Positions 39,301 to 47,441 of a stretch of 64,000 nucleotides of DNA are shown piece after piece. The DNA lies in assembly GCA_965204755.1 (NCBI GenBank), contig OZ242011.1, positions 2,752,001 through 2,816,000 on the forward strand. Reading direction: 5' to 3'. Source of the DNA: Candidatus Marinacidobacterium sp. Its GTDB lineage: Bacteria > Acidobacteriota > Vicinamibacteria > Marinacidobacterales > Marinacidobacteraceae. The notes under the pieces are model-generated. The model was not told the DNA's origin. It searched no databases and was given only the letters and a program-made list of their open reading frames with translations. Made by a program: the position numbers and the translations under genes. The first letter of the stretch is position 1. Each line of letters starts with the position of its first letter.

Positions 39301-39885
39301 GTGGCGAAGCGTAAGGCGAAGCACACGGCGACGCCGCACTTCCTCATGCTGACTTGGGGCGACGACGGCAAGCCGTCGATCGGAACATCGCTCACGGTGC
39401 AGCCGGCGAAAATTCTCCCGGCGCTGATGTTCCCGTCCATCGCGGAACTCGATGTGGCCGGCAGCCTCTCCGACGCGATGAAGCCGCCGGCCACCAACGG
39501 TCAGGCGAGCCGGCGAGACCTGGAACGAGCATCGGGCGCGCTGGCTGCCTTGATGGCGATCGAGATGCGGAGTGACGCAAGCGGGTTCGCCGCCGTTCTT
39601 CCTGACGGCGCCATCCGACTCTTCTTCCACGCCCGCGAACTCCCGGTCAACGCGCCCATGGAGATAACCGACAGCATGAAGAAGATCGCGGATGAACATC
39701 GCGTTCAGATCAGCGCCGTCGGTATTTCAGACGCTGACCGAAAGTTCCTGGAAGGCGCCAGCGACCGGGTCGCCACACAGTGTCTGTTCTCCAACATCGC
39801 CGCGCTTCTGGTGCGGATGAAGGTGACCGGCAACGGGATAGAAGCCGGTGTTCGAGAGGCGATTCGCCGCGGTAACTCGCCATGA
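39301..39885 (+). CDS. Hypothetical protein
   Basis: AAGGAGG RBS before GTG 39301; lower-GC ORF. Confidence 0.6.
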   Translation: MAKRKAKHTATPHFLMLTWGDDGKPSIGTSLTVQPAKILPALMFPSIAELDVAGSLSDAMKPPATNGQASRRDLERASGALAALMAIEMRSDASGFAAVLPDGAIRLFFHARELPVNAPMEITDSMKKIADEHRVQISAVGISDADRKFLEGASDRVATQCLFSNIAALLVRMKVTGNGIEAGVREAIRRGNSP

Positions 39886-40163
39886 CGCATCCTCCCGTTC
39901 ATCCGTCGACCTCGGTCGACCCCATAGTAAACCAGGCGATTCGCGCGGAAAAAGCGCGTTTCCGCAGGGAACATCGCGCACAGAGCAGGCAGCAAAAGCA
40001 AATGCTGCGGCACGGACGGAAGTCCGCCCTGAAAGTTGTGCGCCGGTTGCTCAGAGGACTCAACAACCGGAAGGTCTCGTGGGGAATTCTGCTTGGCGGC
40101 ATAGGCGCGCTGCTCAGCGGAACGGGGACGCTTTTACAGGGCATCGCAGCGGTATTCGAATGA
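39882..40163 (+). CDS. Hypothetical small protein with C-terminal hydrophobic segment
   Basis: ATGA overlap with the previous ORF. Confidence 0.5.
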   Translation: MTHPPVHPSTSVDPIVNQAIRAEKARFRREHRAQSRQQKQMLRHGRKSALKVVRRLLRGLNNRKVSWGILLGGIGALLSGTGTLLQGIAAVFE

Positions 40164-40212
40164 CCGCACGGCAGAGCCCGCCCCGCCGACGCCCGCCCCT
40201 GCGGCGGCGCGG

Positions 40213-43200
40213 CTACGCCCCCGCTTCGGGGCTTGAAGGGTAGGTGAGGCGGAAGACGGAGTCGGCGAGCCAGCGGCGGAATGTCTCGTTTTCCGAGAAG
40301 TTCTTGTAGAGGTCGGTGTCGTCGGCGACGACTTCGTTCATCACCCGCCGGAGGGCGCGCTCCAACTCGACTTGCGCGTTCTGGCGGTCCCGGCGGCGGC
40401 GGGCGTTCTCGTAGGGCCGATCCTTCAGGACGCGCTTCGGGATGTCCTCGGTGATGAGCCGTCGGACGCGGTCGGCGTCCTTCCACTCGATGTTGCCGTA
40501 GTGCTCGTTGAAGGACTGGATGATCTTCGACAGCAGGTCCAACTCCGGCTCGGCCATCCCGCCGCCGCCCTCGACCGGGGTCGGGTCGAGCGCGCCCTCC
40601 TCGTCGGCGAGGGCGATTTCCATCTCCTGCTTCTTCTCGATCCGGTAACTCTCCATGTCGATGGCTTCGAGGATGCCCCGGGAGAGGTCGTCCTCGCGCG
40701 GCGCCGGGAGTTTGGGAACGAGGAGGTCGAAGAAGATGGCCCGCTCCTCCCACGCCGGGTTGCGGTAGCGGAGGATCGTGGCGAGGAAGTAGTAGGAGCG
40801 CAGGAACGCCTTGGCCTTGCCCTTGAAGTCCACCTGCCCGTCCTCGTCCAGTTCGCGCAGATAGACCTCGACGCAGCGGTCGAGGATCGGGTCGAGGCGC
40901 TCCCGCGGCGCGTCGTCCAGAAGAGCCCGCGCCACTTCGGACACCTGCTCCGGCGCATAGACCTGGAAGCCGTCGAGCGCCGACTGCAGGTCGTGGAGCC
41001 GGTCCGGGTCCGTTTCGTCGGAGAGGATCGTCGTCCGGTAGTACCGCTCGAAGGCCTCCCGGATGGCGTCCGACTGGTTCTGGAAGTCCAGCACGAACAC
41101 TTCGCGTTTCCCCGGGTGCGCCCGGTTCAGCCGGGAGAGCGTCTGGACGGCCTTGATGTCGGAGAGGTGCTTGTCCACATACATCGTGTGGAGCAGCGGT
41201 TCGTCGTAGCCGGTCTGGAACTTGTCCGCGCAGATCAGGAAGCGGTAGGGATCGTCGCGGAACCGTTGGGCCGTCTCCGACGCGGAGAACCCGTTCAGGC
41301 TCGCCTCGCTCACGGTCTCGCCGCCCCGCTTCCGCTCGCCGGAGAAGGCCGCGAGCGCCCGGTACGGGCTGCGTCGCTCCCGGAGGTAGGCGCTGATCGC
41401 GTCGTAGTAGGAGACCGCCCGATCCACGCCGTCGGTGACGACCATCGCCCGCGCCCGGTCGCCGATCTTGCCGCGCACCCGGTCGTGGAAGTGGTCCACC
41501 ATGATCTCGGCCTTCATGCGGACGGCGTGCTCGTGCCCTTCGACATAGCGCCGCAGTTTCTTCTGCGCCTTCTTCGCGTCGAACTCGGGATCGTCCTCGA
41601 TCTTCTTGGCGATGCGGTAGTAACTCTCGATCGGCAGGTAGTTGCGCACGACATCGAGGATGAACCCCTCCTCGATGGCCTGCTTCATCGGATAAGTGTG
41701 GAAGGGAGCATGTTCGACGCGCCCGTCCGGCTTCGGCTCGGGGTTCCCGAAGATCTCCAGCGTCCTGTTCTTCGGCGTCGCGGTGAACGCGAAGAAACTG
41801 GCGTTCTCCGGCAGTTGCCGCGACTCGATGATCCGGTTGATCTTGTCCTCGTAGGACTCCTCTTCGGGCTCGCCGTCCCCGTCGGCGAGCACCCGGGACA
41901 TCGCCGCCGTCGTCTTGCCGCCCTGACTGGAATGGGCTTCGTCGATGATGATGGCGAACCGGCGGGCACGGCCGCCGGCGTGGATGGCGTCCAGGATGTA
42001 GGGGAATTTCTGGACGGTGGAGATGACGATGGGTTTGCCTCCGTCGAGCAGCCGGCGGAGGTCCTTCGACTTCGCGGCGTGCCCGACGGTCGCGCCGACC
42101 TGGGCGAACTGCTTGATGGTGTCGCGGATCTGGCGGTCGAGGAGCACCCGGTCGGTGACGACGATCACCTGGTCGAAGATCCGCTCGTCGTCCTTGCGGA
42201 GACCGACCAGTTGGTGGGCGAGCCAGGCGATGGAGTTGGACTTCCCGCTGCCGGCGGAGTGCTGGATCAGGTACTTGCGCCCGGCGCCGTTCTCTGCGGC
42301 ATCCTCGAGCAGGCGGCGCACGGCGACCAGTTGGTGGAAGCGCGGCCAGATCGGAACGGGTTTGCTCCAGGTTTTCCCGCCGCCCGCCGGGCGGAGCGCC
42401 TGGGCGTAGTTCTCGATGATGTTGGTGAGGCTGCGGCGATCCAGGACCTGCTGCCAGAGGTAGTCGGTCTTGAGTCCGTCTTCGTTCGGCGGATTCCCGG
42501 CGCCGCCGTTCCATCCCTTGTTGAACGGCAGGAACACCGACTTGCCGCCGCGCAGGTGGGTGCAGAAGCGCACTTCGTGTTCGTCCACCGCGAAATGCGC
42601 GAGACAGCGCCCCGGCTGGAACAGCCGCTCGCGGCCGTCGCGGTCGGACTTGTACTGCTGCACCGCGTCGTGGACGGTCTGCTTCGTCAGGCTGTTCTTC
42701 AACTCGAAGGTGGCGACCGGGAGGCCGTTCACGAAGAGCGCGAGGTCGAGCGCCAGCCCGCTCCCGTTGCGGTATCGCAGTTGCCGGGTCACCGAGAAAC
42801 GGTTGCCGGTGTAGAGGACTACGCCCTGCTCGTTCCCCGGCGAGGGTATGCCGTAGAAGAGTGTGACCGCGTGGGCGCCGTGCTTCACGCCGTTCCGCAG
42901 CACTTCGATGACGCCGCGCTTCTCTATTTCCGTCCGGAGGCGCGTGAAGAACTTCCGGCGGACCGGGGTGGGGTGGTCCGCTTCGAGCGCGGCGTGGATC
43001 TCCGGCTGCGTCGCGTCGAGGAACGCCGCGAGTTGCGCCCAGTCCACGCAGAACTCGGGGTCGTAGTGGACGGGGTGGCCGCAGATCCAGCCCCGGTATC
43101 CCTCGCGCGGTTCGGCGACCTGTCCGGCGGGCGCGCCGTCCGGTTCGCAGGCCGAGCCGGTCAGCGCCTCGCAGATGCGCCGCTCGAGTCCGCGCTCGGT

Positions 43201-43215
43201 CAGGTCGGTGGGCAA
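40213..43215 (-). CDS. hsdR: Type I restriction endonuclease subunit R
   Basis: NGLPVATFELKN, QHSAGSGKS, IIIDEAHSSQ, FTATPK, KFQTGYDEP, QTLSRLNR. Confidence 0.95.
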   Translation of the reverse strand: MPTDLTERGLERRICEALTGSACEPDGAPAGQVAEPREGYRGWICGHPVHYDPEFCVDWAQLAAFLDATQPEIHAALEADHPTPVRRKFFTRLRTEIEKRGVIEVLRNGVKHGAHAVTLFYGIPSPGNEQGVVLYTGNRFSVTRQLRYRNGSGLALDLALFVNGLPVATFELKNSLTKQTVHDAVQQYKSDRDGRERLFQPGRCLAHFAVDEHEVRFCTHLRGGKSVFLPFNKGWNGGAGNPPNEDGLKTDYLWQQVLDRRSLTNIIENYAQALRPAGGGKTWSKPVPIWPRFHQLVAVRRLLEDAAENGAGRKYLIQHSAGSGKSNSIAWLAHQLVGLRKDDERIFDQVIVVTDRVLLDRQIRDTIKQFAQVGATVGHAAKSKDLRRLLDGGKPIVISTVQKFPYILDAIHAGGRARRFAIIIDEAHSSQGGKTTAAMSRVLADGDGEPEEESYEDKINRIIESRQLPENASFFAFTATPKNRTLEIFGNPEPKPDGRVEHAPFHTYPMKQAIEEGFILDVVRNYLPIESYYRIAKKIEDDPEFDAKKAQKKLRRYVEGHEHAVRMKAEIMVDHFHDRVRGKIGDRARAMVVTDGVDRAVSYYDAISAYLRERRSPYRALAAFSGERKRGGETVSEASLNGFSASETAQRFRDDPYRFLICADKFQTGYDEPLLHTMYVDKHLSDIKAVQTLSRLNRAHPGKREVFVLDFQNQSDAIREAFERYYRTTILSDETDPDRLHDLQSALDGFQVYAPEQVSEVARALLDDAPRERLDPILDRCVEVYLRELDEDGQVDFKGKAKAFLRSYYFLATILRYRNPAWEERAIFFDLLVPKLPAPREDDLSRGILEAIDMESYRIEKKQEMEIALADEEGALDPTPVEGGGGMAEPELDLLSKIIQSFNEHYGNIEWKDADRVRRLITEDIPKRVLKDRPYENARRRRDRQNAQVELERALRRVMNEVVADDTDLYKNFSENETFRRWLADSVFRLTYPSSPEAGA

Positions 43216-43398
43216 GTTGGGTGTCGGGACGCGTTTCGGCGTCGGCGCGCCGGGCGCGGCGCGCCCGGAAGGCGCGAGATTCTACGGAGCCACCCGGCTC
43301 GGAGCGCCCGGCGGCCGACGCCACCGGCGATCAGAAGGGGCCGGATCAAGCCCGCCCGGGATGGGGGCCGCACCGACGCCGAGCGCCCGTTTTTCGGG

Positions 43399-44061
43399 TT
43401 TCTTTTCGGCAAGACCGCCTGAACTATTAATAGCAAGTCGTTGAATAATCGGGACTATGGAGGATTCCTTTTCGGCAAGACCTCCCGTTTCGGGGCCGTA
43501 CGCCGAAAAGGATTCCGGCTCACTGCCCGGGCTCGGCCAGCGACTTGCCCGGCGGACGCCGCGACCGGTTCGGAGCGCGGAAACGAGAGCGAGTCCGGAG
43601 CGAGGCGGGCGCCGGGCCGGACCGGCCGGGTGGGCGGCCGACCGGGGCCGAATCGCCGATTTTATTAATAGGCCGCCCCCCGGATTATTAATAGCAAGTC
43701 GTTGAAAAACAGGGGTTATGAAGGGTTTCTTTTCGGCAAGACCTCCCGTTTCGGGGCCGTACGCCGAAAAGGATTCCGGCTCGCCGCCCGGGCTCGGCCA
43801 GCGACCTGCCCGGCGGACGCCTCAACCGGTTTGGAGCGCGAAAACGAGAGCGAGTCCGGAGCGAGGCGGCCACCGGGCCGGACCGGCCGGGTGGGCGCCC
43901 GACCGGGGGCCGGAACGCCGATTTTATTAATAGGCCGGCCCCCGGACTATTAATAGCAAGTCGTTGAAAAACAGGAGTTGTGACCGGTTTCTTTTCGGCA
44001 AGACCCCCCGTTTCGGGGCCGTACGCCGAAAAGGATTCCGCTCACTGTCTGGGCTCGGCCA
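43399..44061. repeat. ~262-bp tandem repeat (2 full copies plus partials) with AT-rich boxes and a long hairpin
   Basis: TATTAATAGCAAGTCGTTGAA at 43425, 43686 and 43948; CTTTTCGGC...GCCGAAAAG inverted repeat in each copy. Confidence 0.92.
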
Positions 44062-45325
44062 CCGTCCAGAGGGGTTTCTTGCGGCTGCCCCGATTGACGA
44101 TCCGACCGGTGCGGCGCAACTCCTGGATCAGGTTCTGCGTGAGGACGCGCTGCCTCTCCTCCGAGAGTCCGCCGGGAAGGTAGGCGGCCATCGCGCGGTC
44201 TATCTCGCGTCGGCCGATCGGGCCCCGGCTCCGAACCAGCGCGAGCAGCCGATTCCGTTGCCGCGCCCGGTTCGAGGCGGCCGAAGCGCTGTCGCCGGTC
44301 CCGCTCGCGTTGGCGACCCGCAGTCCCGGGCCGAAGTCCGAGATCAGCCCCTCCGCCGACAGCCGCCGCCGCGCCTCGTCGTCGATGGGCAGCCCCTTCT
44401 GCACCCGGTCGAGCAGGACGACATCCTCGAGAGGAAGGTCGGGTCGGTCGAAGAGCGTCCGGTTGTAGTCCTCTTCGATGATGCGGCCGGGGATCTCGAC
44501 ATGCACCTCGTCCGGCCGCGACAGGTCGTAGTCGGGAAGCGCGAACGACCGCTTCTGCTGCGTCTCGAACATCCGCCGGATACCGCCGCCCTGCGTCTCG
44601 ATCAGGTCCAGTCGAACCATGGCCTGCCCCAGGAAGGGATTGCGGTACGAGAACGGGGCGTTTCGCCGAATCGCCGTCTCGACATCGCCGGGCAGGAACC
44701 GGCCGAGATTGGAGAACACCCCCCGGTCCGGAAACTCCGTGACGACGATGCGCCCGCCCCGCCGGTGGTCCTGATGGGCGATCGCGTTGTGGAGCGCTTC
44801 CCGCAGGATCCACTCGTCGTACTGGGCAACGGGCATGACGGCGCCGGTCCCGTTCGGCAGGAACATCAGCGTCAGGTTGCGGATCCATTCCAGCAGGCGG
44901 TCCGCGGCGAAGAGGAGGGGCGGATCCAGGTGTTCGGAAGCGAGCGTCTTCTCGTCGCCGTCCTTGAGGATCCACGAGATTCGGCTCACCGCCGACGGAC
45001 GGAGCAGGGAACCGGCCTCGCTCCTGCCGACCAGCAGCACTCCCGCATTCGTAACCGCCGCTTGCCGGAGGAGCCCGGCCTTCCCCAGAAAGGTGGCGTC
45101 GTCCCACTCGGCCTCGGCCTCGGCCGCCGCCGGATGCCGGGCGGCGAAGCCGCGCCGCGCCGCCGCCACGACCTCGGGGTCGAGGTCGTCGAGCGTGGCC
45201 CCGTCGCAGATCTCGCCCGACCAGTCCCTCCCGGCGATCTGTTCCGGCGCGTCGCCGCCACCCGTGAATCCCAGCCACTCCGCCTCCGCCGGAAGTCCCG
45301 GCGTCGAACCCAGTTGCCCCATCAC
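44042..45325 (-). CDS. AlbA_2/Schlafen-associated ATP-binding (HATPase_c_4 / RecG-C-like) wHTH protein, N-terminal domain apparently deleted
   Basis: LPAEAEWLGF...DWSGEICDGATLDDLD, LREALHNAIAHQD, YRNPFL..AM..L..IET.GGGI. Confidence 0.72.
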   Translation of the reverse strand: MMGQLGSTPGLPAEAEWLGFTGGGDAPEQIAGRDWSGEICDGATLDDLDPEVVAAARRGFAARHPAAAEAEAEWDDATFLGKAGLLRQAAVTNAGVLLVGRSEAGSLLRPSAVSRISWILKDGDEKTLASEHLDPPLLFAADRLLEWIRNLTLMFLPNGTGAVMPVAQYDEWILREALHNAIAHQDHRRGGRIVVTEFPDRGVFSNLGRFLPGDVETAIRRNAPFSYRNPFLGQAMVRLDLIETQGGGIRRMFETQQKRSFALPDYDLSRPDEVHVEIPGRIIEEDYNRTLFDRPDLPLEDVVLLDRVQKGLPIDDEARRRLSAEGLISDFGPGLRVANASGTGDSASAASNRARQRNRLLALVRSRGPIGRREIDRAMAAYLPGGLSEERQRVLTQNLIQELRRTGRIVNRGSRKKPLWTVAEPRQ

Positions 45326-46749
45326 GCACCCGACTCCTTCGGTTCCGACAGGCCGTCTGCCGCCTCGCGCACATCCAATCTCCCGGTCACCACATCGGCG
45401 ATCAGTCTAGCCCGATACTCCTTCAACAACTCGACCTCTCGCCTGACCGCGGTAATGGCGGCCTCGATGTCAGCGGTCACCTTGTCGAGGTGTCGAACGA
45501 TGGTTGCCTGCTCAACGATCGGGGGCGTCGGTACTCGCACTCCGCCCAGACTCGAAGCCGACAGTTCGGAGAAAGTCGTGCCGCGTCCAAGCGATTCCAG
45601 TTCGTCCTTCAACACCGCAACCAGATAGTACAGATACTCCGACCGAATCCTTCTCGGCACAAGTGTCCGGCATCCCTGGTTGGTGCACGCCGTAGAGGAC
45701 AAAATGGCTACATGCCCGATCGGTGCTCGGGTGGACAGGACAACACTACCTGCTGGTGCCGTAGTCGCGCCGCACGCCGCATAGCCGTCCGCCGTGATGG
45801 ATCGCGCGCCACTCGAGATGGTGCGTCCTGAAGACGCACCGAGATCATCCGGCGTAATCCAGCGAATCGGCCCATCCCAGTAGGAGGGGACCGATGTGGA
45901 CGGTGTGCCCCCGTTGAGTATCTGAGCCACGGCCTTCACTCTCTGCACTGACCAGTGCTCCGGAACATCACCGAGCCACGGCACGCCTGAGGCCCGAAGA
46001 TGAACGCCCTCATCGATGCCCCGCGTCACGGCTCTACGCAACACGACCTGTCGCTCTTCATCAAGGGAATCAGTGATGCGCTGCCTCCCCGCGATAATCT
46101 CTCGAATTCGCCGATCCACCTGTTCGACGAATCGAACGATGCTTTTCTGTTCGAGAGCCGGGGGTACGGGAAGTCTCTGGCACCCGAAGTCGCTCCACCG
46201 AAAATCGCACGATCGTTCGCGAATACCCTTTGCAAGCGCCGCGATCCAGCCTGTTCGCGCCATTTCCCGTAGGAGGTACCCGTAGTAGTGAGCATTCACG
46301 TTAGGGCGCGGACTGCATACACAGTAGACGGGTGTGGCCTTGCCGTCAGCGTCGGAGACACCGATTGCGCCGGCGAAAGCATCCATCGTATGGATTACGA
46401 GGTCGCCATTCCGAACGCCTTGATATCCGATCTCCTTTAGCGACTCGGTGAAGCCATCAGTTCTCCGGGAGTGGCGAGTCGTTACGGTGCCGTCCCGGAA
46501 GCACGTGATCGTCCGGTCGCCATCGCGAACTGCGCGATTCATGTGCAGGAACAAGTGCTTGGCACGGAGAACGGACCAGTGTTTCCGTGTGGCCGGAAAC
46601 CACAGCGACTCTCGCGGTGATGCGCGGAACCCACTCCTGCGCGGTCTTGGTTCGTGGCGGTGGGAGGCAGGTGTCACGGTGCTGTGGGGTTTGTGGTGTT
46701 GGGCGTCCGCGTTATCCGACTTCCACTTGTGGTAGTTCTTCTTGGGCAT
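45322..46749 (-). CDS. hsdS: Type I R-M specificity subunit
   Basis: Two TRDs; PVPPALEQ, SGVPWLGDVPEHW, PTPPIVEQ, LLKEYRARLIADVVTGRLDV; start uncertain. Confidence 0.9.
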   Translation of the reverse strand: MPKKNYHKWKSDNADAQHHKPHSTVTPASHRHEPRPRRSGFRASPRESLWFPATRKHWSVLRAKHLFLHMNRAVRDGDRTITCFRDGTVTTRHSRRTDGFTESLKEIGYQGVRNGDLVIHTMDAFAGAIGVSDADGKATPVYCVCSPRPNVNAHYYGYLLREMARTGWIAALAKGIRERSCDFRWSDFGCQRLPVPPALEQKSIVRFVEQVDRRIREIIAGRQRITDSLDEERQVVLRRAVTRGIDEGVHLRASGVPWLGDVPEHWSVQRVKAVAQILNGGTPSTSVPSYWDGPIRWITPDDLGASSGRTISSGARSITADGYAACGATTAPAGSVVLSTRAPIGHVAILSSTACTNQGCRTLVPRRIRSEYLYYLVAVLKDELESLGRGTTFSELSASSLGGVRVPTPPIVEQATIVRHLDKVTADIEAAITAVRREVELLKEYRARLIADVVTGRLDVREAADGLSEPKESGA

Positions 46750-47383
46750 CGCGGCGCGATGCTGCTATGGCCTTGTCGAGCTCTGGCTTGCCTCCGATTA
46801 CAAGAAGGCCCATGAGCCTATTTTTGGCAACGCCTTCGTTACTTTCTCCAAGATCACGGCGAATCGCGCGCAGAAGGTCGTCGAGTGCAGGTAGCATGCT
46901 GTGTCCACTGGAGTCTTGTCCTGCCGCAGGTGTGCCTGACTCGCGCCAGCGTGCAAAAGCGTTTACGACTTCCGGGCTTCCGTAGATCATGACCGTCATC
47001 ATGAGTTCTTCGAGAGATTGCACTAGTCGGCTCGGAGTTTTGTCGTTAGCCGTCTTCTTGGCGCGACCTTGAGGCGTCTGCTTGATCATTTTCATGACGG
47101 ATGTGAGCACCGTGAGGAAACTGTTGTAGGCGTCAACCTTCTTGCTCCGGTTCATTTCTCGATCCGCTTGTTCTCTTGTGCGATGAGCGCTGTAGGTCAC
47201 GAGCCATACGGATGCGCCGGCGGTGAACGAGGCAGTCGTTAGCGCCGGAAGCCACTGCGTGTTTGTCGTGATGTCAGTACCAAGAAGCCAAGCAAGAACA
47301 TAGTGGGTTGCAGCGTAGGCGAGCGGTACGAACACGAGTGGACCGATAAGGATCGCCAAGAGCGGGAGGAGGAAACGCTTCAT
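46712..47383 (-). CDS. Hypothetical membrane protein between hsdM and hsdS
   Basis: Two N-terminal hydrophobic helices plus a helical domain; lower GC. Confidence 0.6.
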   Translation of the reverse strand: MKRFLLPLLAILIGPLVFVPLAYAATHYVLAWLLGTDITTNTQWLPALTTASFTAGASVWLVTYSAHRTREQADREMNRSKKVDAYNSFLTVLTSVMKMIKQTPQGRAKKTANDKTPSRLVQSLEELMMTVMIYGSPEVVNAFARWRESGTPAAGQDSSGHSMLPALDDLLRAIRRDLGESNEGVAKNRLMGLLVIGGKPELDKAIAASRRDAQEELPQVEVG

Positions 47384-47441
47384 GACCTGTTGCGGGTGCC
47401 GCTGGAGGGCTTGTAGAGAAAAACGTCGAGTGAAAGTAGGG

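Noticed and set aside
43441-43953. Small repeated ORFs within the 262-bp repeat
   Set aside because: No RBS, frames not preserved across all copies, low-complexity translation; non-coding is more likely
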